64,000 nt of DNA from an uncultured Candidatus Saccharibacteria bacterium (GCA_964638585.1 CAZXAN010000001.1:23454-87453); one strand, 5' to 3'. Positions 35,068-44,733 are shown, counted from the first letter of the stretch. Notes: generated from the sequence alone by a model not told the origin. Numbers and translations: made by a program.

Positions 35068-36168
35068 ATGAAAAAGAGAAAAGTTAACTTAGATTATCTT
35101 AATTTATACCAAGAGATCCCACTCTTTTGTGCTATTGAGATAGGAGCAATTTTTAATAAAAAATCACTCAACAAGACGGGTAAAGTGCTTATCGTGAACA
35201 CGTGTCTAATAGGCGAGTTTGCTGCCTCTGTACCTGCTATGAGCGACTTTATAAAGCGCAATAGAGGAATAACGGTTGACCTGATGGTCTCTCCGCCTAT
35301 CAAATCTCTAGCCGAGAAAATACTTGGAGTAAATAAGGTATATATAGCTAAGTCGCTCTATGGACGGCACAACGAGAGAATAGGTGAGATTGAGCAGACG
35401 TTTACTGCTTATGATGAGATATTTGTAATGAGAGTAAGCAGAGATGCATTCAGGGTCATCCGTAAGATAAAAACGAACAGTCTATCAACCGGTCTCAAAC
35501 AATACAGCGGATATGGGATTCATTTGTGGTGGAACGTATTAACGCGTAAGTTGCCAAAGCAATGGATAGAACTCAACTTTGAAATGCTCGGTGGGCAGAT
35601 GAGAGAAGTGCCATTTGAAGAGATGTTTAAATTTGACGAAGGTGATTACGCAGATGTTACTAGACTTGAAGCTATGCAAACACTTGAGAAGAAAGTCATT
35701 ATTCACACCGGCTCGGGCTGGGTAATGAAGAAGTGGAGTACGAGTAAGTGGGTGGCCCTGATAAGCAGGATGCACGCTCTTGGCAATATGCGTTTTATTT
35801 TTGTCGGAAGCGGAGAAGATGCAGACGACTATGCAGAGATTGCTTCTCGTCTCGGATTCAAAACATACTCTCTAATCGGCGAGATAGATTTATTGAAATT
35901 ACTTTTCGTTTTACGTAAGAGCGACTATTTTATTGGCATTGATAGCGGGCCTATGAACATGGCTCACTTAGCTGACACGCGCAGTCTAGCAATACTAGGC
36001 CCAGGCCCGCACTTTTTTATGCCATGGGATAGTAGAGACATAGCGTTAGACAAATCGCACGGTAGGGGGCTTTACCAAATGTTCTTCTATAAAGAATGCG
36101 GGTTTATTGATAAAATAACTGCTGATGAGGCTTTTGAAGCATTCAAAAATAAAATATGGAATTCTTAA
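35068..36168 (+). CDS. Family 9 glycosyltransferase (heptosyltransferase-like)
   Basis: GT-B two-domain layout, IIHTGSGWVMKKWSTSKWVALI and a GIDSGPMNMA motif typical of GT9. Confidence 0.7.
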   Translation: MKKRKVNLDYLNLYQEIPLFCAIEIGAIFNKKSLNKTGKVLIVNTCLIGEFAASVPAMSDFIKRNRGITVDLMVSPPIKSLAEKILGVNKVYIAKSLYGRHNERIGEIEQTFTAYDEIFVMRVSRDAFRVIRKIKTNSLSTGLKQYSGYGIHLWWNVLTRKLPKQWIELNFEMLGGQMREVPFEEMFKFDEGDYADVTRLEAMQTLEKKVIIHTGSGWVMKKWSTSKWVALISRMHALGNMRFIFVGSGEDADDYAEIASRLGFKTYSLIGEIDLLKLLFVLRKSDYFIGIDSGPMNMAHLADTRSLAILGPGPHFFMPWDSRDIALDKSHGRGLYQMFFYKECGFIDKITADEAFEAFKNKIWNS

Positions 36169-36740
36169 CAACACACACACTTCTTGCATACGCTGTTCTA
36201 TTCTTAGGCTCTTATTTTGAAACGCTGATAGGTGTTGGGTTCTTTATTTACGGCGAGATATTCTTTATCCCCGGCGCTCTCTTAGCGGGTGCAGGTGTGC
36301 TCAACATATGGTTAGTAGCGGTCGCGCTAATAGCAGGTGGAGTTTTAGGAGACAGCTCTAGCTTTGTCCTTGGTAAGAAATACGGGGCTTCAATTTTTAA
36401 AGAGCACAACAAAATTTTCAGCCTTACTAACTATCAAAAAGGTTTAGATTTTTTTGATAAATATGGGACGAAGGCGATATTTTTTGCCCGCCTTCTTGGG
36501 CCCGTGTCGTGGATAACTCCGTTTCTCGCTGGGACATATAACGTGCCGTACAAAAAGTTTATCGGCTACAACATTCTAGGAGTCACAGTCGGCATAGGCC
36601 AGTTCCTCATCGTTGGCTACTTCTTTGGCGCCAACTACGAGACAGTCCTATCTATAATAAAAAACGATGCGATCGTAGTAGGTATAGTCGCAGTCATAGT
36701 TCTCGGCTTGTACTACGTCTACCAAAGAAACAGGGGATAG
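36156..36740 (+). CDS. DedA/VTT-domain membrane protein
   Basis: 194-aa polytopic protein. GEIFFIPGALLAG matches the DedA re-entrant loop motif. Confidence 0.7.
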   Translation: MEFLTTHTLLAYAVLFLGSYFETLIGVGFFIYGEIFFIPGALLAGAGVLNIWLVAVALIAGGVLGDSSSFVLGKKYGASIFKEHNKIFSLTNYQKGLDFFDKYGTKAIFFARLLGPVSWITPFLAGTYNVPYKKFIGYNILGVTVGIGQFLIVGYFFGANYETVLSIIKNDAIVVGIVAVIVLGLYYVYQRNRG

Positions 36741-37667
36741 TTACTGCTTCTTAATCCAGAGATAGATGTCCTCAAGAGCCTTCACTCCGTCGCCTGCGGC
36801 GATATTGTTTTGGTGATATAACTCATCAGTGCAGTCTCCGGCGGCCCAGATGCCGTCAACATTTGTGCGTTGATTACGTGGATCAACTTTTACTCTCTTT
36901 ACAGCGTCCATCTCAACGAGACTCTCAACATAGTCTGTGTTCGGGATAACGCCAGCCTCTACGAAAATGCCAGAAACAGCAACTTCTTTTTCTTCATTTG
37001 TATCTTTGTCTGTATATTTCAAACCGCTTACAAACTTGTCACCCAACACTTCGGTCGGTTCAGCGTGCGCGAGTATTTTCATATTCGGATGCGCACGAGC
37101 TTTTTCTAGTGTGACAGCATCAGCTTTAAAATCTTTATGTCTGTGAATGAGTGTGACAGATTTTGCATATGCCAAAAGTTGCAAGGCAGTTTCAAAGCCG
37201 GCATTACCGCCACCAATCACCGCGACATCCATGCCGCCGAAGAGAGGGCCGTCGCAAGAGGCACAGTAAGTAACACCTTTATTTTCAAATTTCTCTGCGC
37301 CCGGGACATCAAGCTTGCGCCTACCTGCTCCAGAGGCGACGAGCACTGCTTTCCCTAAAAACTCATCACCCTTTTTTGTTTTCACAACAAAAGTACCATC
37401 TGCCTTTTTTGAAAGGGAAGTAACACGCTCGTGGGTCGCGAGCGTGACGAACTCGCCCTTCACCGCGTCTAAGTGTTCAGCAAACGCCTTGGCGAGATTC
37501 ACTCCGCTAATCTTGGGCGACCCTATCCAATTTTCTATGCCGTCAGACACCACAGACTGTCCGCCGATTTCTTCAGCAATAATTACTGTTTTCAGATGTT
37601 TGCGCGCCGCATACACCGCCGCCGCCACCCCCGCGGGTCCGCTCCCGATAATTATGAGATCGTACAT
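36741..37667 (-). CDS. trxB: Thioredoxin-disulfide reductase
   Basis: MYDLIIIGSGPAGVAAA (FAD), CASCDG redox-active disulfide, and GGGNAGFETAL (NADPH). The track ORF starts at GTG 37679; the canonical Met is at 37667. Confidence 0.9.
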   Translation of the reverse strand: MYDLIIIGSGPAGVAAAVYAARKHLKTVIIAEEIGGQSVVSDGIENWIGSPKISGVNLAKAFAEHLDAVKGEFVTLATHERVTSLSKKADGTFVVKTKKGDEFLGKAVLVASGAGRRKLDVPGAEKFENKGVTYCASCDGPLFGGMDVAVIGGGNAGFETALQLLAYAKSVTLIHRHKDFKADAVTLEKARAHPNMKILAHAEPTEVLGDKFVSGLKYTDKDTNEEKEVAVSGIFVEAGVIPNTDYVESLVEMDAVKRVKVDPRNQRTNVDGIWAAGDCTDELYHQNNIAAGDGVKALEDIYLWIKKQ

Positions 37668-37672
37668 AAAAT

Positions 37673-37750
37673 TAGGCACTAGGCACTAGGCGCTAGTAAC
37701 AACAGTATAACTTACTCTAATGCCTAAAGCCTAGCGGTCTAGCGCCTAGT
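37673..37750. repeat. Inverted arrays of TAGGC heptad repeats around the trxB promoter / ftsZ 3' flank
   Basis: Plus strand reads TAGGCAC TAGGCAC TAGGCGC TAG. The mirror-image copies (minus-strand TAGGCGCTAG..GCTAGGCTTTAGGC) lie 30 nt away. ACTAGGCGCTAG and CTAGCGCCTAGT are exact reverse complements. Confidence 0.6.
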
Positions 37751-38989
37751 TTATTTCTTATGTCTGCGGAGAAATGCTGGGATAGCGCCCCAAGCCTCAT
37801 CGTCTTCTGGAGCTGGCAAAGCGTCTTCGCGTTTGTGTGGTAAGGCCGTGACTATAGGCTCTTCTTTTGCCACATGGGAATCTGCTTTTTTATTCTCTGG
37901 CTTTTCGGTCTCAATTTTTTCTTCGCGCTTCAAAACGTCGTGATAAATTCTGCCTTTTTCTTCTTCACGCTTTTCTACCGGCATGGCAAACAGAGAACGT
38001 TCTGGTCCTGTGTGAGAAGAGTGTAATGCACTTTCTGGAAAGCCTGTTGCGATTACGATTATACGTATCTGGCCCTTCTTGAGCTTCTCGTCTCTCATCA
38101 TGCCGAATATGATTCTGGCATTCTTATCAACAGACTCGTTGATAACCTTTGCAGCCTCTTGCACCTCCATAATGCCGAGATCGTCAGAGCCGGCAACGAC
38201 GAAGAGTATGCCCTTGGCACCGCTGATAGAGACGTCCAGGAGTGGGGAATTGACCGCCTCGTGCGCGGCGACCTTGGCGCGATCGTCGCCCTCGGCGACT
38301 CCGATACCCATAAGCGCCGGCCCTGCGCCCTCCATAATCGCCTTAATGTCATTAAAGTCTGTGTTGATGTCTCCAGGTGTCGTGATGATGTCAGAGACTC
38401 CCTCAACCGCCTGACGCAAGATTTCATCGCAGAGTGCGAACGCATCTTTCGCAGAAGTATTTTTATCAACGATAGCGAGCAACTTGTCGTTAGGGATGAC
38501 GATATAGGCGTCTACTTCTTTTTTCAATTCTGCCAAACCTCTTTCTGCAATGTCCTTCCTCTGTGCGCCTTCAAATGAGAATGGTTTGGTGACTACTGCG
38601 ATGACGAGCGCGCCAACTTCTTTCGCAATTTTTGCGACTATTGCTGAGGCGCCAGTGCCTGTGCCGCCGCCCATACCACACGTTATAAAAACCATGTCGC
38701 TTCCCGAGAGTGCTTCTTGAATTTCTTGACGAGTCTCTTCAGCAGCACGCTTGCCGAGCTCTGGGTTCATGCCAGTCCCGAGGCCCCTCGTCAAATTTTT
38801 CCCAATGTGGATCTTTCTCTTCGCGAGAGAGCGATGGAGGTCTTGTGCGTCAGAGTTGACCGCAACGAACTCAACGCCACGCACCTTTGATTCAATCATG
38901 TGGTTTATGGCGTTTTTGCCAGAACCACCAACACCAACGACGCGGATTCGCGCAAATGTCTCAACTTCAGGCTCTATTCGTTTGGACAT
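37751..38989 (-). CDS. ftsZ: Cell division GTPase FtsZ
   Basis: VGVGGSGKNAINHM and GGGTGTGAS (T4 tubulin signature), with a T7 loop. Start placed at MSKRIEPE. Confidence 0.95.
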   Translation of the reverse strand: MSKRIEPEVETFARIRVVGVGGSGKNAINHMIESKVRGVEFVAVNSDAQDLHRSLAKRKIHIGKNLTRGLGTGMNPELGKRAAEETRQEIQEALSGSDMVFITCGMGGGTGTGASAIVAKIAKEVGALVIAVVTKPFSFEGAQRKDIAERGLAELKKEVDAYIVIPNDKLLAIVDKNTSAKDAFALCDEILRQAVEGVSDIITTPGDINTDFNDIKAIMEGAGPALMGIGVAEGDDRAKVAAHEAVNSPLLDVSISGAKGILFVVAGSDDLGIMEVQEAAKVINESVDKNARIIFGMMRDEKLKKGQIRIIVIATGFPESALHSSHTGPERSLFAMPVEKREEEKGRIYHDVLKREEKIETEKPENKKADSHVAKEEPIVTALPHKREDALPAPEDDEAWGAIPAFLRRHKK

Positions 38990-39080
38990 ATAAGTATTAA
39001 ATATAATGAGTACGTGAGGGCTATCATACCAGAACTCTGTAGTATGCAAATCTTGACACTTTCCCGATGCAACTCGTTAT

Positions 39081-40238
39081 TTAAGGCAAAAACTGACGGA
39101 AGAACTTGGTGATGGAGGCGCCGAGTGGGCGCTTCGGAGCATTTGTGTCGCCGGTGAGGCCCCAGAGTGCCAGACCATAGGCGACTGCCCATGTCGCGTC
39201 GCGAATTTTTGTATCCGTAGAAATCTTGAATTCTGCAAGCCGAGCAGGAAGCTTGAGTGAGCCTCGCGCAATGTCGCTGATTGAGCCTACTCCGGCTCCG
39301 CCGCCCGAGATTATTATTCCTGCAGGTAACGGACCTCTACGCCCCAGCGACTTCAAGTGCTTATCAATAAGCGCGAACATTGTGTTAAGTCTATTCCCGA
39401 TAAAGTCGTCAATCTTCTTACGCGGATACATCTGCCCTGAGAGCCTGCCGAGCTTCACTCTCTCTGCTTCTTCAAGAGAGATACGCAGTCCGAGAGCTAT
39501 GTCGTCTGTGATATGGCTAGAGCCCATAGGGAAAACTTTTACAGACATAGGTATGCCCTCGTCATACACGACTATAGAGACGGTCTCGGCGCCTATGTTT
39601 GCAAGCAAGCATCCCTTCATCTTCTGGTCACCTTCTAATAGCACGTACGAGCCGGCGAGAGGGGATGCCATATGGTCAATAACCTCAATATCTGCGTCCT
39701 CAACTGCTTTGAACAGAGCATCTTCGTGTTGTGCAAGGCAAGTGATGAATAGGTAATCTACTTCTACGCGGACACCGTTCATACCGATAGGGTCGCCAAG
39801 AACCTTTGTGCCATCAATCCGATATTCTAGCGGGATAGAGTGGAGCACATGCCTATTTAAAAATCCTGGCGCAGCCGCTTCTCGCGCGGCCTTGCTAGCC
39901 TTCTCAATATCAAGAGCTGTGATCTCTTGGTCTGCGCGAGAGATTATTGCAAAGCCAGTCGCCCTAGCTTCGTCAAGAGAGATGCCTCCGATGGCGAGAA
40001 ACGCAGAGCGTATCGGTACACGAGCAGTTGACTCGGCTTGGCGCTTAGCCTCGCGTATGCTATTTGAAACTTCTTCTTTATTTACTATGTAGCCATGGCG
40101 CAGACCCTTTGATTCTGCAAGTCCTGTGCCGATAATGCGTAACTGATGCGAGCCGTTCTTATCAGACACCTCTTCTACTACGACCATTTTTACTTGGTAC
40201 GTCCCTATGTCTATGCCGGTGGTTATTCTCCGTGCCAT
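39081..40238 (-). CDS. ftsA: Cell division protein FtsA
   Basis: MARRITTGIDIGTYQVKMVVVEE.. Actin-like ATPase with an SHS2 insert; 385 aa. Confidence 0.9.
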   Translation of the reverse strand: MARRITTGIDIGTYQVKMVVVEEVSDKNGSHQLRIIGTGLAESKGLRHGYIVNKEEVSNSIREAKRQAESTARVPIRSAFLAIGGISLDEARATGFAIISRADQEITALDIEKASKAAREAAAPGFLNRHVLHSIPLEYRIDGTKVLGDPIGMNGVRVEVDYLFITCLAQHEDALFKAVEDADIEVIDHMASPLAGSYVLLEGDQKMKGCLLANIGAETVSIVVYDEGIPMSVKVFPMGSSHITDDIALGLRISLEEAERVKLGRLSGQMYPRKKIDDFIGNRLNTMFALIDKHLKSLGRRGPLPAGIIISGGGAGVGSISDIARGSLKLPARLAEFKISTDTKIRDATWAVAYGLALWGLTGDTNAPKRPLGASITKFFRQFLP

Positions 40239-40611
40239 ATTTAGTTACGAGCTTTTGTTCGCATTTATTCATCTTAACACCATGCACCCACCCTTTTATA
40301 TGCAATGCGCCGTGGATAAATAAATAGAGGCAGTAGGCGCTAGGCGTTAGGCCATAGGCAGGGGCTTGTTTCTTTGCTTCGCTAGGACAGATAATAATCT
40401 CGCAATTTTTGTCGCCGACTACATAAGACAGTACATTCGGCACATAAGACTTCTTACGCAACTTCTTATTTAAGGACAATGCTTTAGCTGGGCCTACAAA
40501 AACGAGCGAGACCTCCCAGTCGGGTAGCAGTTCTTTTGCAATTTTAGAAAATGCCAAACGCGATTTGCCGTAGGCAAATCGCGTCTCATTATTTATAGAA
40601 ACGCCCGGCAT
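40162..40611 (-). CDS. ybeY: Endoribonuclease YbeY (overlaps ftsA start by about 77 nt)
   Basis: NVLSYVVGD..IIICPSEA.. and the zinc motif HGALHIKGWVH (H3xH5xH). Confidence 0.65.
   Translation of the reverse strand: MPGVSINNETRFAYGKSRLAFSKIAKELLPDWEVSLVFVGPAKALSLNKKLRKKSYVPNVLSYVVGDKNCEIIICPSEAKKQAPAYGLTPSAYCLYLFIHGALHIKGWVHGVKMNKCEQKLVTKYGTENNHRHRHRDVPSKNGRSRRGV
40328..40364. repeat. Four tandem TAGGC heptads (GCAGTAGGCGCTAGGCGTTAGGCCATAGGCAG) inside the ybeY coding region
   Basis: 7-nt periodicity read directly. On the coding (minus) strand the region encodes AYGLTPSAYCLY in YbeY. Confidence 0.6.
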
Positions 40612-40614
40612 TAT

Positions 40615-40887
40615 CTACTTCTTACCGCCCTTACCTCGCGCATTTCGCTTGGCGGCAGGATCAATCTTGCCTAATTTAACTAGCTCGTTGTATGTTTCTC
40701 TACGCACTTTAGATATGAGAGCGCGTTTAAGGCCAACGTTCTTAGACTTTGAACGTTTAAAATATCGGCGGTCGCGCATCTCGCGCACTAGGCCGAGTCC
40801 CTGCGCACGGCGGGTAAATCGGCGAATAAGCGCGGCGGCACTCTCGTTCTTGCCTCGCTTAACTTCTACTCTTGTTCCTGCTGTCAT
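40615..40887 (-). CDS. rpsU: 30S ribosomal protein S21-like
   Basis: 90-aa highly basic protein. ..LIRRFTRRAQGLGLVREMRDRRYFKRSKSK.. matches the S21 pattern. It lies immediately upstream of ybeY. Confidence 0.5.
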   Translation of the reverse strand: MTAGTRVEVKRGKNESAAALIRRFTRRAQGLGLVREMRDRRYFKRSKSKNVGLKRALISKVRRETYNELVKLGKIDPAAKRNARGKGGKK

Positions 40888-40955
40888 GATTGCTGGATTC
40901 TAACATTCGCAAGAAATAAAGACAATACGCGGGAGAAAGGTGTATTATAGACAAT

Positions 40956-42002
40956 ATGAATGCCAAACTATTGCGACCATACTTCTTGGGGGCTCTAATA
41001 CTTATTTCTCTCACGTTAACGTTTTTTATCCTACGTCCATTCCTCGTCACCCTTGCGCTCGCGGCGGTGTTTGCGGTCATCTTACGGCCTCTGTATCACT
41101 TACTTTCCAAACGCATAAGCAAGTCACCAGGGCTTGCCGCGTTTGTAACTATGGCTGTCACTGTGATATGTATCTTGATCCCATTATCATTTCTATCATT
41201 ACAGATTGTTGAAGAGGCACAAAATCTATACACCTCTCTATCAGATGGCAGTGGAGTAGCGTACCTAGATACAGTATTCAGACAGGCAAATGAATCAATA
41301 AACCTATACGCACCAAGTCTCGCGATTTCTGGCTTTGACTTGTCTGTCTCTATTGATCAATATTTGAAAGACGGTCTTTCATGGCTAATATCTAATATTG
41401 GCGGAGCATTCGGCAGTGCTGCGCAACTTCTTCTAGATCTTTTTGTATTCTTGATTGCTCTCTACTATCTATTACGCGACGGAGAAAAACTCAAACAGAA
41501 GATTATTGAGATGAGTCCGCTTGCTGACACAGAAGACAGTATGGTGCTCTCACGACTTGATGTGGCGGTTACGTCAGTAATCCGTGGGAGTCTCGTGATA
41601 GCTCTTGTACAGGGAGTATTGACCGCAATTGGCTTCACCATATTTGGAGTGCCAAACAGCATCTTATGGGGAGTGGTTGCGATGTTTGCAGCACTTATCC
41701 CAGGCATAGGCACATCCATTATCTTGATACCGGGAGTAATATACTTGTTCATAATAGGAGCGACGGTGCCGGCCGTAGGTCTGTTGATATGGAGCCTTGT
41801 CGCTGTAGGCTTGATAGATAATCTGCTCGGGCCACGTCTAGTCGGTAGGGGTATGCAATTGCATCCGCTTATCGTTTTACTGTCGGTCTTTGGAGGTCTT
41901 GGTCTCATAGGGCCTGCAGGACTATTTCTTGGCCCACTATGCGCCAGTCTGCTATTTGCACTGCTTTCAATCTACCAGCACGTCTCTAAACAACCAACAT
42001 AA
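40956..42002 (+). CDS. AI-2E family transporter (PerM/YhhT-like)
   Basis: 348 aa with 8 TM helices, in the UPF0118 arrangement. Confidence 0.7.
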   Translation: MNAKLLRPYFLGALILISLTLTFFILRPFLVTLALAAVFAVILRPLYHLLSKRISKSPGLAAFVTMAVTVICILIPLSFLSLQIVEEAQNLYTSLSDGSGVAYLDTVFRQANESINLYAPSLAISGFDLSVSIDQYLKDGLSWLISNIGGAFGSAAQLLLDLFVFLIALYYLLRDGEKLKQKIIEMSPLADTEDSMVLSRLDVAVTSVIRGSLVIALVQGVLTAIGFTIFGVPNSILWGVVAMFAALIPGIGTSIILIPGVIYLFIIGATVPAVGLLIWSLVAVGLIDNLLGPRLVGRGMQLHPLIVLLSVFGGLGLIGPAGLFLGPLCASLLFALLSIYQHVSKQPT

Positions 42003-42022
42003 ATACACTAACCATGAACGAA

Positions 42023-43201
42023 TTAATGGGCAAAAGATTTCAGGCGTTCGGCGAGGCCGAGAAGGGGTATGATTGTTTCTTCTTGAGTTGCGCGATTGCG
42101 CAGGATTGCAGAACCCTCAAGAGCCTCTTTGCGCCCCATTATGAGCAGATACGGGCTGTTAAGTTTCTCTGCAAGATACATCTGTTCTGTGAGAGACTCT
42201 GTGCCGATACTCTGAGTGATCGGTACACGTGCATGTCTAAATTCTTCTGCGAGACTTATAGAAAGTCTTTTTGCTTCATCGCCGATATGTACAAACGAGA
42301 ATCGTAGCCGTGAAGGTTTTGCTTTAACAACAACCTTTCCCTCACTGGCTATCGTAAGCACCGCGCCAGTTGCAGTGAACGGAGCAGAGGGGAAGAAGTG
42401 GCGGGCTAGATCGTTGTAACGCGACCCCCACGCTACGCGTTTGTCACCCGATATTAATTCAAAGCATGTGTCATTCCAGATATTCCCTCGGCTGATAAGG
42501 TGTCGAGCAAGCTCGTACGGTGTTTCTGTCAGCTCTAAATATTCAAGCAAATCTTCAAATCGTTTTCTGCTAGCGTCTGAGAGATGTTCGCTTGGAGACG
42601 GCATATCGTCTGTGTACTCTTGTCCACTAGACTCAGAACCATTTAGTGCGGAGGCGAGTAATAATTCGGCAGCTCCAAATGCATCTTGTCTTGCGTGCGC
42701 TACATACTCTTCTGGGAGAGTCGTGGCGCGCTTCTTGAAGAAAACCCCTAGCTCGCGCGCGTAACGAGCTCGTGTCTCCTTGTCTCCCATAGAATTAATA
42801 CGGACGACAGGCTCTTCTCTAAACAGATCGCGAGATAGTGCAATAAGAGCTCTAATAACAACTGCATCAGCGAGCGCGCGGTCAGTGCCTAGAGCGTGGA
42901 ATTGGATAGTCGCCTTTTTTGGTACTGGACGACCGGGAGTTATATTGGTATGCCAGATAAAAAGAGGTTGTCGTGCATTTGGTGCGCAAGATGTGTTTTG
43001 ACAATGTTTTAAGAAGCTTGCCACTGTCTCGGCAACAGGATCTAGTGAGAGACTGGCAAGTGTGTCTGGATATCCTGCTTTGGGTCGTGCACTGCCTCGT
43101 GCCAGCGCCGTGAGTGACGAGAGCGGAGTGAATCCATAATATTGACCAACGAGAGATGCCTTACTTAAGAGTTCTTCGGCCGGAATTGTGTCACGCATCA
43201 T
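42023..43201 (-). CDS. hisS: Histidyl-tRNA synthetase-like class II protein (divergent HisS/HisZ family)
   Basis: ATIQFHALG (cf. RYRQFHQ motif), WGSRYNDLARHF..TATG (cf. GGRYDxL..PAVG), and a C-terminal anticodon-binding-like domain (YLLIMGRKEALEGSAILRN). Several catalytic motifs are degenerate. Confidence 0.45.
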   Translation of the reverse strand: MMRDTIPAEELLSKASLVGQYYGFTPLSSLTALARGSARPKAGYPDTLASLSLDPVAETVASFLKHCQNTSCAPNARQPLFIWHTNITPGRPVPKKATIQFHALGTDRALADAVVIRALIALSRDLFREEPVVRINSMGDKETRARYARELGVFFKKRATTLPEEYVAHARQDAFGAAELLLASALNGSESSGQEYTDDMPSPSEHLSDASRKRFEDLLEYLELTETPYELARHLISRGNIWNDTCFELISGDKRVAWGSRYNDLARHFFPSAPFTATGAVLTIASEGKVVVKAKPSRLRFSFVHIGDEAKRLSISLAEEFRHARVPITQSIGTESLTEQMYLAEKLNSPYLLIMGRKEALEGSAILRNRATQEETIIPLLGLAERLKSFAH

Positions 43202-43752
43202 GGTGAGTATTTTGTAGCACCAGGGAATAGACCTAGGTCTTTGAGAGGGAGCAGACGTAGATCAACTCTGCCGATAATATTTTTGCGCGGTAGAGGTCCC
43301 CAGACTCTGCTATCAGAGCTATTTGGACGGTTATCTCCCATAACAAAATATTCTCCCGGATTCAGCGTCACGTTTTTGGTATATGTCGCATCTTCATTTA
43401 CTGCATATGGTTCAGATAGAGTTAGACTCTCTCCAGAGACCGTGGCAATTGTCACAACACCGCTTTTTATTGAGACTGTCTCGCCTGGCAAGCCGATAAT
43501 GCGCTTGATATAGAAGACGGACGGTTTACCTGGGTAGCGAAATACGACATTCTCTCCTCGTTCAGGAGATTTGAACGCATATAAAATCTCGTCAACGATT
43601 AAATAGTCTAGATTACTAAATGTTGGATGCATTGAGTCGCCATCAACTACGAATGGAGAGATAACAAAGACGCGAATAGGAATAACAACGACTACAATTA
43701 GGAATGCAAGTGTGAAAAGATCCTTCAGTAGACCCTTCCAAGTATCAGTCAT
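43198..43752 (-). CDS. lepB: Signal peptidase I
   Basis: SPFVVDGDSMHPT (catalytic Ser box B), GDNRPNSSDSR (box E), and an N-terminal TM. Confidence 0.85.
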   Translation of the reverse strand: MTDTWKGLLKDLFTLAFLIVVVVIPIRVFVISPFVVDGDSMHPTFSNLDYLIVDEILYAFKSPERGENVVFRYPGKPSVFYIKRIIGLPGETVSIKSGVVTIATVSGESLTLSEPYAVNEDATYTKNVTLNPGEYFVMGDNRPNSSDSRVWGPLPRKNIIGRVDLRLLPLKDLGLFPGATKYSP

Positions 43753-43849
43753 GCAGGCATTGTACGCGTATGTTTGTAGAGCGCAAGCCCAGCACCAAAT
43801 TTTTTAGAAAAAAGTTGGTGCTGGATGAATTTTTTGCTATGATAAGCGT

Positions 43850-44446
43850 ATGAGTATCGTCATAGTAGGCCTTGGTAACCCAGGTAAAGAGTACGAGAAG
43901 ACTAGGCACAACGCCGGTAGAAGCGCGGTAGAGCTAGTGGCTAAGAACGAGGGCTTTGACGGGTTCGTTTTTAATAAAACTGCGAACGCGCTGGTGAGTA
44001 AAGGCGCGGTTGATAGTGAGAACACAACACTTGTTCTCCCAGAGACTATGATGAACCTGTCTGGTAAGGCTGTCGTGGCTTTTGTGAAGTCGCCAAAGGC
44101 CGCAAAAAACTTGTTAGTGATACACGATGACTTAGATTTACCGCTCGGCACGATAAAGATGGTATTTGCGCGCGGCTCGGGCGGGCACAAGGGAGTGGAG
44201 AGCATAATGCGCGCTATTAAAACCGACGCGTTCGCGCGCATCCGCATCGGCATCTCGGGAGTTGGGAAGAAAAATCAGGCGAAAAAAGTTTCTGGAGAAG
44301 AGAAGGTAATAAAAATGGTGATAGGGAAGTGGAAACCCTCTGAAGAGGCAGTTGTGAAAAAAACTCTCAAAAAAGTCGCCGAAACCGTCCGTCTCTACTG
44401 CACCTCCGGCATTGAATCCGCCACCCAATTCGCCAACACCCGTTAA
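43850..44446 (+). CDS. pth: Peptidyl-tRNA hydrolase
   Basis: IVIVGLGNPGKEYEKTRHNAG is the Pth signature; 198 aa. Confidence 0.9.
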   Translation: MSIVIVGLGNPGKEYEKTRHNAGRSAVELVAKNEGFDGFVFNKTANALVSKGAVDSENTTLVLPETMMNLSGKAVVAFVKSPKAAKNLLVIHDDLDLPLGTIKMVFARGSGGHKGVESIMRAIKTDAFARIRIGISGVGKKNQAKKVSGEEKVIKMVIGKWKPSEEAVVKKTLKKVAETVRLYCTSGIESATQFANTR

Positions 44447-44460
44447 TTAATGTTTTTCCT

Positions 44461-44733
44461 ATGAAGACAAAGATAACTCAGTGGAGCATTGTAATCTTGC
44501 TGGTGGTAATGAATACTCTCTGGCTGTATGTAAGTAAGTACGTAGTGTACGTGAACATAGGGATTTTGGTTCTGTCAGTCGGCATCATTTATTTCGTACT
44601 CAAATATAAACAAGAGGATCAGTCTGCCAAGGGCCGGCTTATTTATATCGGTTTGGTCTCTTTCGCTACTATTTTCCTTTTCTTGCTTGGCTTAGCGATT
44701 TTTGACCTAATGTTTTTCGGGTACAAGCATTAA
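44461..44733 (+). CDS. Small hypothetical membrane protein (3 TM)
   Basis: 90-aa hydrophobic ORF immediately after pth. Confidence 0.35.
   Translation: MKTKITQWSIVILLVVMNTLWLYVSKYVVYVNIGILVLSVGIIYFVLKYKQEDQSAKGRLIYIGLVSFATIFLFLLGLAIFDLMFFGYKH

Noticed and set aside
37673-40364. Possibility that the TAGGC repeat arrays are a CRISPR array
   Set aside because: The units are 7 nt tandem heptads with no spacers of 25-40 nt, and one array lies inside the ybeY coding sequence. They are not CRISPR-like.
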